From Trichoplax adhaerens (Eukaryota > Animalia > Placozoa), in contig NW_002060944.1 of assembly GCF_000150275.1 (NCBI RefSeq), positions 9,636,556 through 9,700,555 of the forward strand: DNA of 64,000 nucleotides, written 5' to 3'. A program made the translations under genes and the position numbers. Within the stretch, counting starts at the first letter, position 1, and each line of letters starts with the position of its first letter. Positions 43,653-58,600 of the stretch are shown one piece after another. The notes beneath the pieces are model-generated. The model saw only the letters and a list, made by a program, of their open reading frames with translations. It did not search any database and had not been told where the DNA came from.

Positions 43653-44124
43653 TTTATCTCCTCTTAAAGTAGCCAACACATAATGCCATTGGCTTGATTT
43701 TGCAACAATATCACAATATTGTCGGCATGATGATCATGAAGTAGCACCTTGTAATCCAGTTAGAATAGATCAAAAATCTCCGTTAACTTAATCAATAGCC
43801 CATTCTATATTTAACGAAGGAGGAGAGTGGTTAAGATGCCATTTACGCTGGTTTAAGCCAATTTGATGAGTTGCTGCTAGAAGTTGATAGAAGGACTGCC
43901 GGCTGCTGGCCTTCAAATTGGGTTCCACTACCGTATTTATAGTACAGTACAGTATAATGGCCGGATGGTAACATGGGTGGGTACATGGCCATTTTGTAAT
44001 AAGGTATAACTGGGTGTACCAGTCAGTATTCAATAGCCATACAAAACTATACAGCACTGAGAGTATGGAGGCCATGGTCGCCATAAGGACATCCTTACAT
44101 CATGGATACGAAAGTTTCAGTTAT

Positions 44125-45350
44125 CAGATTAATATACGCATATTTATTGCTTCGAACAAGTTATCCATATAGAATGTATAGTTTTGAACAAGCTTTCCAC
44201 ATAGAATGCACAGTTTTGGATTAATTCGATCTAGCAAATTTAAGAGAGAAATCGGAAGGGTAAATGATGTCTACCACACGATATGAATTTGATCCATAGA
44301 ATTAATATACGCGTATTGATTACTTCGAACAAGTTGCCCATAGAGAACGTACAGTTTTAGATTAATTTAATTTAGCAAATGTAGGAGAGAAATCGTAGTC
44401 CTTCAAATCGGAAGGATAATAGATCTATACTACCTGATATGGATTTCATCCGTAGAATAGTTTTGTATTCTCGCGCAATTATTATATACTTTACCATAAT
44501 ATAGTATAGTATATTCCTCTCTTTTTACTTCCAGCAGTTGGTGATGAAACATATCTTCCACATTGGGTATGTAATCGTTTAACAATTTAACTAGAGATTA
44601 ATTAATCAGATTAATATTTATTCTATCAAGCAAGTTATCCCTTTATAAATGCACTATCCCGTTAGTTCTACTTCAATCAATTAGCTATGAACCATATCTT
44701 CCACATAGGGTATGTAATCATTGAATAATTAAACTAGAGATTCATTAATCAGATTAATATTTATTCTATTCAACAAGTTATCCGTTTATAAATGTACAGC
44801 GTTGGATTGATTCGATCTGTTAAATTTAGGAGAGAAATCGTAGTATTTCTAATCACAGTGGCAAAATGGTCTATAACACCCGTTATGTATTTCATCGATA
44901 GAATAACTCTGTATTCTCGTACTAACATTACCTTTATCAAGCCTATTTTCTACGGTGGGATCTAATCATTTATGAATTAAATTATAGAAAATACGAGCAC
45001 TCCTGTCTATTAGATCAATGGATTAGGAAAATAAAACTATCGCAACCCACCGAGGATTGATCGCTCCTGGACGACATATCTCGCACCATCAAATATAATA
45101 ATTTTCGATCAAATACCCGCATTTTATAGAGATTATCCGCTTAAAATGAGTAGTAAAGATTCATTTATTCGACTAATGGATTTCACGGAATACGTTGTTC
45201 ACGGCTTATATGCAGTTTTAAATTTTACTCGATCTGAAAATTTGAGAGAAGTAACATAGTCGTTCGAATCAAAAGGGCAAATTGATCTATACTACCATGT
45301 ATGTATTGGAATGAAAGTATAGCTTTGTATTCCCATCAAAATATTATATG
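44125..45350. repeat. Degenerate tandem repeat array (about 150-300 bp composite units)
   Basis: Recurrent agattaatat...aacaagttatcc...atagaatg.a.agttttg and aaattta.gagagaaatcg at about 44127, 44300, 44610, 44750 and 45230. Confidence 0.8.
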
Positions 45351-47297
45351 TACTCACAAATTAATCTAATCATCAGTCTAAACAATTCATTTAATAAAAT
45401 TAACGAAGGACACTGGATGAATCTTAAAATAATAAATGAAGTAAAACAGCTGTTGAAAGCTTATTACAGTTCTAATCAGAAAGTAATTTCTATCATTCTA
45501 ATAGCGTTTGGAATAAATATTTGAATTATAAAGGTTTTACTTCCGCTAAAATATATATCAAATGGTTTGATTTAAGGCTAATAATTTGTCACTAAAAATT
45601 AGAAAAACATCTTTACTGTACTGTCATCGTAGGAAAGTTTAGAGTATTTCCAATACTTGTCTAGACTGTTCAATCTATACTGATTATCATTTCATTTCAT
45701 GATATTAACTTATTGATATTGATGCTATTTGTCATCTCCTAATTGACATAAAAAACTACTCAGGCAAGATGATACACTAAATGATCAATATTCAAATAGT
45801 ATAATTCCAAAATTTTGACGAATGCTCGTTACTTGCGTTCAGTATGGATCTTCTCCTTTCAGCAGGTTTATTCTAATTTATCTTAGCAGTGACGTTTTCT
45901 AACGATAATCTTAAGCAGAGCTAGTTTCTCTCTATATTTAAAGTGACATAATCTGTTTTTTACATGCTGATAATATCTTAAGCCCAAAGGTAAAGGTACA
46001 TAGATATTATATTCTAAATTGAACATCCTACTTTCTAAAATTGAATTGAAATTATTGTATTATATCTATGATCAATATAGTCTTCAAAAGATGATATTAA
46101 GGTAAATACTGTCACTAATGTCGCTTTATTATAGCCCATGTCATCTTTAGGCCGAGTTTATCAATGCAAACTAGTACTGAAAAATAGCATCAATGAGGTT
46201 TACATCGATCGATTAGAACTAACATTATAATATTAAATAGGTGTGGTTTATTTTCTTATTGTAGTCTAATGGCATACTGACAATGTTTCACTATGCTGGA
46301 CTATAACATATTAGCGATATATGGGGGATAAGAACGAAATTTCAAATACATTAAAATGGCTTATGAGCAAGGTATCCATTCGTTCCATTAAACTCAATCC
46401 ATCTATTTTGACGTGAAATAGAAATTTTTAAACATTTTACTTTAAAAATACTTTAACAAATACTTTAAAATGACTTATGAACAGTGTATTCATTCGTTCC
46501 ATTATGATACGAAATAGAAATTTTTATATATTTTGCAATAGTCTATACAGTAATATTGATCGGTAGAACAATCTTCTTGCAACTTATCGTAGAAAGCCTA
46601 CTTCCTAAGGTATCAACAACGTAGAAATGGTCGACACTTTAAAATAAACAAGGACTAAAACACATTTTTAGTACAGTATTACTATAATTAGTCAGCGTAG
46701 CCACAACATACTAAATGAAGATGGATAAAATTGTACTAAAGAGCTTGAAAGTATTTACAATAATCGTTACTCTAGACATTTGCAGTTTCCCTACTCTTCT
46801 TTCATATCGGAATAAGCTTTGATCCTCCAATATCTGTGAGAGTAGACCTCGTCGTCGATTTTCATTATAATCCCTACTGCAACATCGTAATATTCAATCC
46901 TCCTTGAACAATTATACAAATAGATGGAGGATGATATTTAAACTTCTCTCCTTTTAAAACAGTTCCTGTACATCTCCTCATTTATAACAAATTTTAACTC
47001 TCATTCATTATCGATGAAAATAGCGCTTGTTGTTTATATTTAATAGGCCGGCTGTTATGTAAAAGTGCGACATTGTAGCTCGTATTAGTGTATCTTTGGT
47101 ATCTGGACCAGGTACAAGATGCAGTGATGAGATGATATGGTAATAGGGATGACTAGCATTAGAAGTGTGAAGATTTTGCATATATGAATTATATAAATAA
47201 GCTAAGCTAATATAATAAAATAGTTCTTAATCACCTAAGCTTGTGGAGTCACTGAGTTACTATTCGCTAAGGTTCTACTAGCTAGAGACGAAACACC

Positions 47298-48175
47298 TGC
47301 AATGATCATTTTGATTGCTCCTATCCTAGTATAACCTTATCATTTTCTCGAATGTCTCATGCAGTCCTAGTCACGGCGAATTTTAACCCCGTGTTTAAAT
47401 TAAAATTAGTGCTTCATTCTTTCAACTTTGCATAGTTCCTTAAAGCTTGTTGATGTCTAACGCAAGTTGTGCTTTTCTTCGAGCAGGTTGCTACCTTACT
47501 AGGGCTTTCAATCATCATTTTGATCGCTCTTGTCCTAGTATAACCTCGTCATTTTCTCACATTGTCCAAACAGCACCACCAAAGTGAATTTCAGCCCCAT
47601 CGGCGTATGTAGAATATTGGTATTTATCATCGATTGCTGATGAAATTAGAACTTTTTGTTTATATTTTATAGGTCTTCAATGATCATTTTGATCACTCTT
47701 GCCCTAGTATAACCTCATTCTTATCTCCGATTGTTCCATGCAGCCTTAGCCAAGACGAATTCTAGTCCCATATTTAAATTAATATTAGTACCAAATTTTC
47801 TCAACTTGAAGCAGTCCATGTCTAGCACAAGTTAAACTTTCACCGAACTTGTTGTGTTTAACTTGGAAGGGAATGCAATCATCATTTCGATCGCCCTTGT
47901 CCTAGTATTACCTCATCCTTTTCTCCTATTTTTCAATTATCCCCTTTAGCCCTAGCCAAGGTGAATTCCAGTCCCACATTTAAATTAATTTTAGTACTTC
48001 ATTTTGTCAACTTTCAACAGTCCACATGTAGCACAAGATTGCACTTTCATCGAGCTTGTTACTTATCTTGGAAGGACCAGCAATCATCCATTTTAGATGG
48101 CCCTAGTCCTATTATAATCTCATCGTTTCTCCAATTGTCTCATCCATCCTAGTCAATGTAAATTCCAGCCCTATC
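47298..48175. repeat. Five-copy degenerate tandem array (about 170-210 bp)
   Basis: aat[g/c]atcattttgat.gct.ttgtcctagtataacctc at about 47301, 47510, 47679, 47877 and 48082, each followed by gaatt.cagcccc/ccagtccca. Confidence 0.85.
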
Positions 48176-49690
48176 TCTCAATTTCCATTTGGATGCCTAT
48201 CCAGATGCTAGTTTATGCAAATAAGTTAAAACAGAATGGCGAGACAATAAATAATAAAGTCTTTGCTGGCAGGACAATAAGGTGATGGACAATAACAGTT
48301 AATTTGAAAAGATGACGTAGCCATTAAGCTTTGTTGTTCGATTACTCAAGTTGGAAAATTAGGATAGGCAATAGGGCTTGAAGAATTGGATTAATATTAG
48401 TAAATAGACTGATTCCTCTCTTGCTGCCTATAGTTGATCATCCAGAATGGATTGAGATGACTGTATTGTATACGAAGGGAGTTACCATCGATCGATTAGG
48501 AATCAACGTTGCAACTATCCAACACCCCCACCAGTATCATCATTCTTGTCGCTATTTGCCATGCCAACGTTATTTGCCATCCATTTGTTAATGATCGTTG
48601 GTCGAGAAAACTTGCTAAGAAAATAAATAAACTCTCTTCTGTCCTACAGAGTAATTGGAATTCTTGCTTGAGTTGGATTCCAAGTTATTCTATCCTACAG
48701 GATAAGGTATGTGATGAGTGTATAAAATTGAATCCATAGTCTAAATGAAGATAAGCCGATCCAATAAGAACATTATTGTTCATCTCTATTGGACAGCATT
48801 GTTGGATAGGCAAAGATGGCGATGACTGTCTTATGATTGATTGCATGCGGACATAGACGCCATCGCCTTGCTCTCTCTCTCTTCTTTTCGTTCACTTCTA
48901 CCCTTGATAACTGTAATAATAACTTTAAAAAATCTCCATTTCAATCTCAGCCAGTCTATTTAATAGAAAACCATTGAAAATGGGTGTGAGAAAGGAAAGA
49001 AATTAATAAATTAGTTATGCAACCATGACTCTATCGACAAGAAGAAAAGACATATCTTCTCCTTTTTTTCTATCTTTCTAACTGACTTTGTTCAGAGTAA
49101 TGGAGTTCTATCTTCTGTCGATGATATTGAAGGATGGAGTTATAAATGTATTCTTTCACTATAAGATATTGTTTCTATCTTGTATTTGCTCTATCTGCAC
49201 TTATTTTCACAGAAGAGAAAGAAAAAGAGAGTAAACGCTAGCTAGTTTGAAAGTAAATTGGTGTCAATGGCTTGTTCATTGGCTTGCTAATGAATATGTT
49301 ACATGATTACCTTGACAAATGCGCTCATTTGACCGTTTACAATTTCATTTGTCTTCATGACTTCCTGTACAGTTATTATCATCTGGATAGAATGATGATG
49401 ATTATGTTATTGCTTGATGGTATTCTATACTTGATCAATCAGGAGGAATGCCAAATAGCCATCCTCTATAAATATCCTTCATTTTGATGTATATGATTTT
49501 GATTGCATTCTAGGCTAGCCATCGTTGCTACCGTTAAAGAGTGGAAAGTCTCAACTCCTTTTACCCATTTCATTCCGTGAATTCGTTGGAGAACCTTATC
49601 CACAGAAAGAGTGGAAAGTCGTTCTGATTAACTTGAACTTCAATTACTTCATCTTGATTCCTCTCCCACTATACATCTATTCATCGAATC

Positions 49691-52600
49691 ATGGCTGATG
49701 ATAATAATAGAACTTCTAATGAACGTGTTGATCATACATGCAAGGTTAGTAGTCAAGCTAGAAATATCCATTTCTTATATGATGAAGTAAAATTATCCAA
49801 TATCAAACTAGTCCTCGAATCGTGTATAAAATCATCAGTACTCGTAGTCGATTATTTTCAATCCGAGATATAAACTTGATTCTTTCCCTTCAACATAAAC
49901 TATCTTATGTCGTTGTATCGCTTTATTACCAACTGTCCTTTTTAAAATTTTGTCTTCTCAACAACTTGATTAAGCTTAGTTTAATAAAGTCTACGACAGC
50001 TATTTCATTTCTCCCATTGATTAGTATAGTATTGGATTTAACCTTGTTATACGACTTTTCTAGGTTATGCTGATTGGCGATTCCGGTGTAGGCAAAACAT
50101 GCGTTTTAGTCCGATATAAAAATGGTGCATTCTTGTCTGGTTCATTTATTTCAACAGTTGGATTAGATTTTCGTGTAAGTAGATTAGTTAGCTTAGTCGA
50201 TGTTGCAATCGTTTTGTTTCTATGCCATTTATTACATTTTATCGTGTTATTTTGTATAATACTGACGTAAGGTATCTCAGTCTCTGACTAATAACGAGTT
50301 ACAACTTTAATCGCGATCTTGATTGAAATAGACTTGTAGTCAATGAAAATTGCCTTGTCTATCATTTTTCTTATGTTCTGTTCTATTTTAATTGAACTAC
50401 AGTAGAAAATAGAGCTTTCATATCTTATAACTCTTGAGGAAAGCAAATTAATAGACTGATATTAGTCGTTGATCAATAAGGAGTAACAACTTTGGTTATG
50501 ATCTTGATTGAAATGGACGTGTAGTCATTGAAATTTCGATGTCCATCATTTTCTCTATTGACTACTCTATTCTAATTTAGCCGCAGTAGAAAATAGAGCT
50601 TTAATGTCTTTATAAATCTAGAGGAAAACAAACTAATAGGCTTACAAATTAGAATAGTAACCATTTAAGACCACGCTTGGAATTGTTTATACAATCTATT
50701 CTATCCTTTCCTTCTTTTTCTTTTGGGCACTTTTACTCCCTCTTCTTTCTCATGCAAAGGCAATTTTCTCTTAGCAATAGCCATTCCTATCGTCTTCAAT
50801 ATATTGAAAATTCATCAAGTCTGGCGACATGGTCGCAAATGGTCTCTAGCACCTTATTAAATGATTGTATTTTACATTATTCAACAGTATTTGTACCATC
50901 CTTCTGACGTGAAAAGTCGGGCGAGTAGTTTTTTCATTGCCCTAGGTATTTTCCTATTCTTCTCCCAACATAATATCGCACTAATTCAAAGTCAATAAGA
51001 TCAGATGAGGAAGCTATAAATAAGCTAGGATAAAACTATTCCAATTGCTCATTTATCGCTTACAAGATTGTTTTCATGGTCATAAAATTGGGCCAATAAG
51101 CAATGAAGTTGTATGATATTGGCCAAACTTGTAAGGATTGTCACATTACTCAAGCTTTCCTGTTTTCATTTCTCTTCCATTCCTTTAATAAATAACCTCA
51201 ACCATTCTTCCTTGTAACGGAATGAAACCTTCGTACTTGGGACTATTTATTAGTTCATGGCCAGTGATCAACATTAAACTGCAATGTTAGTCAACAAAAC
51301 CCATGTCTTGATAGTCTTTCTTCCGAAAGTTAGGAAAAGTGGTTGGAGCTTTTAATAAGCTACAAACCATCAGTCATAGCTACTAATTCGATGGTAGTAA
51401 AGCAAGACGAGTGTTCTTGGAAGGATTAGACGAAATATATCGCCATTTAGCTTATTCAACCTAGCCATCCAGTTATTGAAAATGGTTATATAAACTCTGT
51501 TCGTTGTCTAACAAGACAAATGTTTCTTTCTTCAACGATTAACCGGAGTTGCTGTCATAGTTTAGGCTATCTTAAGGTATCTACTTGGAAAATTTTATCA
51601 GCTCTCGCCCGTTAACTTAGTGTAAGGCAATAATTCTTTCTAATCAGGCAGCCTAATCTGGCATAAAATATCATATAGCACGACTGAATCCGAGAGCAGC
51701 TACAATAATGATTTCTTCTAGCACCAATTCAGATGGCCTGCCATCTTCACTATTTCTTTCCTAAACCATTAGCGATATTTATTATAAACGTTTAGTTCGT
51801 GATCGTTGATGTACCCTACAATTTCATCGGCTATCGTTGGTCAGCTTATCATAGAATTAGAGTAAAGCAACCTAGGAGGACTGTTGTTATGTTCTTAAAC
51901 CTGCCATAAATATATCTGATATCGCCATTGAACTAAAGTATAGTTATGGCAGTGGTTCTTTCCCGAACGAATCCAGATGGCCATTTTCTAGTATTCCTAT
52001 CTTCAAATATGAACGAAAGTGGTTAGAATGAATTAGGCAATCTTAGGTCGTCTACCTGGGCAATTGCATCGGCCACAGTTGGTAAATGTATTTAATCTAA
52101 GCACATTGATGTCAGTAATTCTTTCGAGAGTAAATACAGAAGGCCAATTCTACAGTTGAAGCAATCCAAGTTTTACAGGAATAAGAGCATAATATCATAG
52201 TTAGTGCGGCAATTCTATCTCAAACCACTGGTAATCATCATGCTAGCTGTCAAAGCAATCAACTTTTACATCACATCATCAGCCATCGTTAATCATTCCT
52301 GAACATAGGTTGAGTAGTAAGAGAATAAGTATCCCATCTTGTGCAAACACAGCTCAGTGGTGTAACTATTAAAACTATTAAAGTTAGACATCAAAGTATT
52401 TTATAGTCGTCATTTAAACTAAGCAAAGTAATCCGTTAAGGTTGATCTTCCTTCTTGAATGATGATATTGGATTCTTAAAACAGTTTAAGCCATTTCAAA
52501 CATAGTTCAAGCTATCCATTAATACGTTAAAGTGCCTTAAAATTTAAAGTAAACGATTGGAGATTATCACTATAAGGGGTTAAGCTATTTAAGTATAACG

Positions 52601-55600
52601 CAAAATCTTGAACTATCTTATTTAACCTTACACTTAGGACAAAAAATTAACTTTACTTTTCAGCAATAAGTGATGATGAGTAACAGCCTTCAACTAGCCT
52701 CATTTTACAGAAATTCATCAATTCGCCTTTGTAATTGCTACATAGTAGTAAAATGATTTACAAGTAGTAGCATTTTCCCTTTTTGAACAAATACGAATCG
52801 TTCTTCAAGACTGGGTATACCCACTACTATGCCTTACTGAAGCATTATTAGGTTATTTTGACGAAGCCCTAAGAAAAACAGGTCTCTTCTTTCTAAATCT
52901 TAGAACATTATCCTACTCTTCCGTGATATTGAACCATTTATAGGATTCCTTCTATCAAGCTAAAAAAGACTATGGCGTAGCTTGTTAACATTAATTGCAT
53001 GCTTGCAAACAATTAGCATTGAGCTTAACAATTCGCGCACTAGAAAGGCTTCATTAAGCTATTAGAGGCGATAAAATAACTTAGTAATCTTCATGTCCTA
53101 TTGGTTCCGATCAATTTATTTTCCTGCTCCAAGAATAAAACAGAATTAATTTATACAATACAAAACGAGATAATTTAAACTATCAATTCGATCAATTTCA
53201 TAATTAATTCATGATTAACTTCGTTGAGAGAATTTCAGTTTCTTTTACCGTTTTACAATAAGATGACATTCGATAACTAGTGATGCTAGTCTACAATATA
53301 AGTCAAATTATTTCACAATATTTCATGGTTTATAGTCTGACAAAATAGGTCGTTCATGATATTCTAGTTATTGAGCTTGAATCAATGCTAATTTCTAGGC
53401 GTCTTGAAGCATAATTCAAGGCTGGATAATAAGATTTTGCTCAGTTTTGGTTTGGAGCATTAAAGAATGAGTCATAAAATTTTTCATAATTTCTAATGGG
53501 TTACAGTCCGCTGAAATAGATTGATATTTTCGTTAGTTGGTTTAGAATCAATTCCAGTTTCTGTGCATCTTTTAGCATGATTCAGGGAAGATAATAAGAG
53601 TTCAATTTTAATTCTTAACCATGAAGTAAAGAGATAAAGGATAGGAATTTGTTCCAACCTCATTCTTGATGCATAAATTAAGGGTTTAGCAATTAGCTAT
53701 ATTTTTGTTTTATTAGAGCAATTCTGGACTAAAAAATTGAATTTATTACAATTTAATTTATTTGACTATGAAACAAGGCTAGATCATAGAATCTTAATAT
53801 ATTCTTACTTTATTGATCATAAATCACTGCTAGATCATATAAACCCGTTATATTTTAGTTTTATTGATTACAAATCACGGCTTAATCGTACTGTACAAAT
53901 TTGTTATACGTGTTCCTGTATTTTATGAACGTATTAAGGTTTAGATGATAGGGAATTGTTACCGTCTCGTCCTATAATTATATATAATTGCAATTCAAGG
54001 GTATGTGATTAGAAGAGTTTATTGCATTCTTGTTTTCTAAGCATACATCAAAGATAAGATTATAAAAGTTTGTTATACTCTTGTTTTTACGCATAATTTA
54101 AGGGTTAGATTATATGAGTTTTGCTCTATTCTTGCTCTGTACAGTAGAAATCAAGGATTAGATTATAGAAGTTTGGTATGTTCTAGTTTTTTTAGCCGAG
54201 GATTAGGCAATAAGTATTTATTCTATTTATGTCTTTGAAGCATAAATTTAAAGTATCGTTATAGGAGTTTGTTCTAATTTTGTTCTATAAACACAAATCA
54301 AAAGTATTTTTACAGGAGTTTGCTCTGTTTTTGTTTTTGAAACATAAACAAGAGTATCGTTATAGGAATTGTTATACTCTTGTTCTGCAAACAAACACAA
54401 ATCAAGAGTTAAATTATAAAAGTTTGTTGTCTTCTTGTTCTATAAACATGAATCAAGAGTTCTGTTATAGAATTTTATCATATTATTGCTTTAAAAAACT
54501 TAAATCAAAAAAGAGATTATATGACTTGCTACGATATAGTCTTCTTCTGGTAAAATAAGTCAAGGTTGGATAATTTGAGCATGAATTCTGGCTGAAATGT
54601 AAGAATTTCATATACTAAAAAACTAGAAGCATGAATTATCAGCTAGTTTATGATAGTTCACATGGTAATTCTTGTTCTTTCAGCAACAGTCAAAAGTAGT
54701 TCATACGCATTTATTACGTAATCTTGAATCCTAGCCAGTATATTCGAGGTTGTTATAATCTTGTTGAATTTTTAAAACCATGAATCAATACTGACTTAGT
54801 AATTATATAAGACATCAACAGTAGATTTTAACCTCTAGTCCCTTTTATATGACAATTTTATTGTTAATTGACGCATATCATCGCTCTGGCCAATCGATTT
54901 CATTCCGCTGCTTTTGGATATGACTTCGCTAAAACTATTGCAATAATTGAATATCGATAGACAGAATGGATTTTTTTCCTTTCTTGCCATGACAAGACGT
55001 TGTAATAGATAATGTATTAACCTTGTTAAAAAAAGTAATCACAGTTTTAGGCGATCATCTTTTTAATTTATGGTAATTATGAGCACTTATATACTTTCGA
55101 GACAATGCTAGCCTTTACTCCCGTCATAGTATGAATTGAAAATAGAAGAAATCTTGTTGCAGTTGCTGTAGTTTTATCTTTTGTCAGATGAATCGCATTG
55201 CAAGTTTACCGTTATTATTAACTTACTATTTATTTCTTCTATTAAGGTGCAATATAAATAGCTTGTAGATGTTCTATTCAAATCTTTCGCTATTTCATTT
55301 ATCTCCTTTTTATTGCAGAACAAAATTGTCGACGTAGATGGTACCAACGTTAAACTACAGGTAAGTGCATTAGTAAAACAAGAATAATTGGAGTAAACTT
55401 TTTTTAAAGAATTTAAAATTATTATAAAATTTCTTTTATCTATCTTTCTCCTTCATTCTGATTGTCTTGTTAATTCCATCGTCATTTATTTTAATCATTA
55501 CAAGGTAATTATTGTTCACTTATTCAATATAGAGGTTATAGTCCCTTCATGATTATTAATGAACTGTTAATGAAACTCACTTATGCGAATCTATTTAAAA

Positions 55601-58600
55601 ATAATCGATAAATGTCCATTTTCTCATGAAAACCATCCGATAGGCGTTGGCATAGATTATTAAGCAATTTAACAAAGATATAGCAGTCATTACTTAGTGT
55701 GTTATACAATACTATACATTGTTTCTATTTTTCGTAGAAAGTTGTTGACAATGTAGTATCTGGTCTACAGAAAGACAATATAATTCTTTACTATCTGCTT
55801 AAACTTGCAGTTTCTTCTTCTTGCTGTCGGTCCTGTCGTGTATTACGAATTAATTAAGTTCATCTAGCAGATGTAATCCATCTTCTTAAGCTTGTAGTTC
55901 TTCATTCTGCCAATCTTATCTGCTACTATTAGCTAATTTAGATAGATGCAGTCTTTATTTGATGGTATTTCCTCTTTAAACCTCACAGAGAAAGAGTAAC
56001 TCGGACGAAGTCTATAAACTAGCCATAAAATTAGCCTGTTTACAATTAATTTCATCATTGCCTTACGGAAGGTTTACCAATGACGTGTATACTTATAGCG
56101 TATAACCCGAAAATTTCATTCTATATTTGAAGTAGCCATTTCTATCTGCTTAGGAAGTAACTTTTATGCAATCTCGCATTATTTTCTTCATCTTATCATG
56201 CTTGTTATTTGGCTAATTTACTGTCAATCTAACTATTACTTGATAGAAGCTACAGCCTGATTCTTTAATTATATTGATGGACAGTATTGGAGTAAATTAT
56301 TTTTAAGACAATAATCTATTGTAGTTTATGAGCTAATGCCGTCATTACTTGATGAAAAAAAGCTTTAGCAATGCTTTTAGTCTATTTAGAATGTAAGAAT
56401 ACTTTAGATATAATAATCTATTGCCAGAATTGGCCAATTTAGAATTAATTGAGACAGTAATCTTCCATACTTTTAGCTAGTTTACGGATTAATCTCATAA
56501 TTGGTTGATGAAGAGTATACTATAAAGATACTTCTAGTCCATTTAAAACGTTAGAATACTGTAGATGTAATAATTTTATTACTGGAATTGACCAATTTAA
56601 AATTATTTGGACAATAACATACCATAACATTAGCTAGTTTATGGCTAATGTCATAATAGATTGATGAAAATTACGCTATAGGGATACTTTCAGTTTATTT
56701 AGAATATAAGAATGCTGTAGACATAACAATTCCTTACTAAAATCGACCATTTATAATTATGCCATGTTATGTAGAACAATTTACTCAGCGCAATTATAGA
56801 CTTGTTGTAATTAGATAGTTCAGGATAGATAACATAATAATCAACTGTTGTATATCGATGGAAGCCTATTTGACCATTTACGAAGGAAAGATTAGAGCAA
56901 ATTTCCTCCTTCCCCAATTTGTCCAAATTTGAAATGCATTACAAGAGTGTAAACTAAGGGAGGACTTATTCTCATAAATTAATCAGCTTAATTAGTAAAT
57001 TAAAGAGAAAAATATTTAAGTAACAAAAGTAATTCATTTAGCTATGTAAAACATTAATACAAAAATCCATCTACCAATAAGCAGCAACACCGATCCAATG
57101 GATTGTAAATGAAATAATTTAATTTTAGGATTGTGTTCTAGAATAAGTTCTCTATTAATTTAATGTTAGTAAATTAAAAAGAGACCTGAAATAAATACTA
57201 TTACTTTTGCGAATATTTTAACTTAGTAAAATGCAATCAAAGTCAAAATCAAATCGATCTTGTTTAGCCACAGCAATATCCTCCGTAATGGTGTTTTTTA
57301 CTAGATCATTGACTGTTCTAACTTAAACTCAGAGTAAAATAGAAGTTATTACATTTATTTCGATGATAAATTTTAGGAGAATCATTTTAATGGAATTGGA
57401 TACAGATTTTCCCATCAATCCTTTACTAACATTACCCTACAAACACTCTCGAATTCAATTATCCATTGCGATAAATGAAATAGAAACTTAATTTTGTTAC
57501 TCATTCTACATAATAGAAGTACTCTAATTTATTTAGTGGCAGGCTTTTATTCGGATTACATGGTCTACAACTCTTGTTCACAGGCAGCATCTGCCATTAT
57601 AAATTGAATTATAAATTAAATTAATTAGGACAAGTATGGATTATAAATTTCGACGTGATATCTATATAAGAAACTTTGGAATCTATGAATTACTGAGCAG
57701 GGTTTTAAATGAAACACCGTAAAAGAGGGCTATAGAAATTTGACGTTGAGTATTATTCTTACCAATCTGATGAAATTAAAAACTAGATTAAAGTCATTAA
57801 ACTCCTATTCAAAGCAAGCAGATCGCTAGGATCATTATATTATTGAATAACACGTATCCCATAACTTTCATATGACTGTCTTACTTGTATTTGAGTATGA
57901 TTGTGATAAAATCACCAAACCAGTTCTAACCTGGTTACTGTCATGATTTATATTAAAATCATTGTAACCCAATAGTTGAAAAATTTCTTTTAATTCTAGC
58001 GTTATATTACTTAAAATTATATATTTTATACTCGTAAACCTCGAAGGTATATATCTTCAGATGCATGATCATTATTGCTCAAAAATACTAATTCTGTTTA
58101 AACCTGGTAACTGTCGTGATTTATTGGAGATATAGCTTAAAACTAGGATGATTTCAAATCTTAATTATAATCATTTCTACTTTATAATAAGATTTGGGAT
58201 ACTGCTGGTCAAGAAAGGTTCCGCAGCGTAACTCACGCTTATTTTCGCGATGCTCATGGTAAGATTGATATCTCTTCCATCTTAAACTAGTAAATATAAT
58301 TTTGATCCATCGATGATTTATAATCCCTTTCCATATTAACTATCAAATGCACTAAAGTTTCGGGATCTTGCTATAGATTATGTCTTATTCTAAATTTTTA
58401 CTTCATTTATTAGCACTTTTGCTGCTGTATGATGTAACCAATAAAAAGTCATTTGAAAATGTTCTAGTAAGTCTTCTATAAAATGAATCACAATTTTGGA
58501 ACGCGTGTTGCACCTTTACTTACTTTCATAACTATAAAATAAGGAATACCAGCTTCTATTATTTTATAATTAATGTTATTGTCGATACCGTACCTTAAAC

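Noticed and set aside
53737-54558. ORFs of 63 and 92 aa in Rab26/37 intron 2
   Set aside because: They are translations of the degenerate minisatellite.
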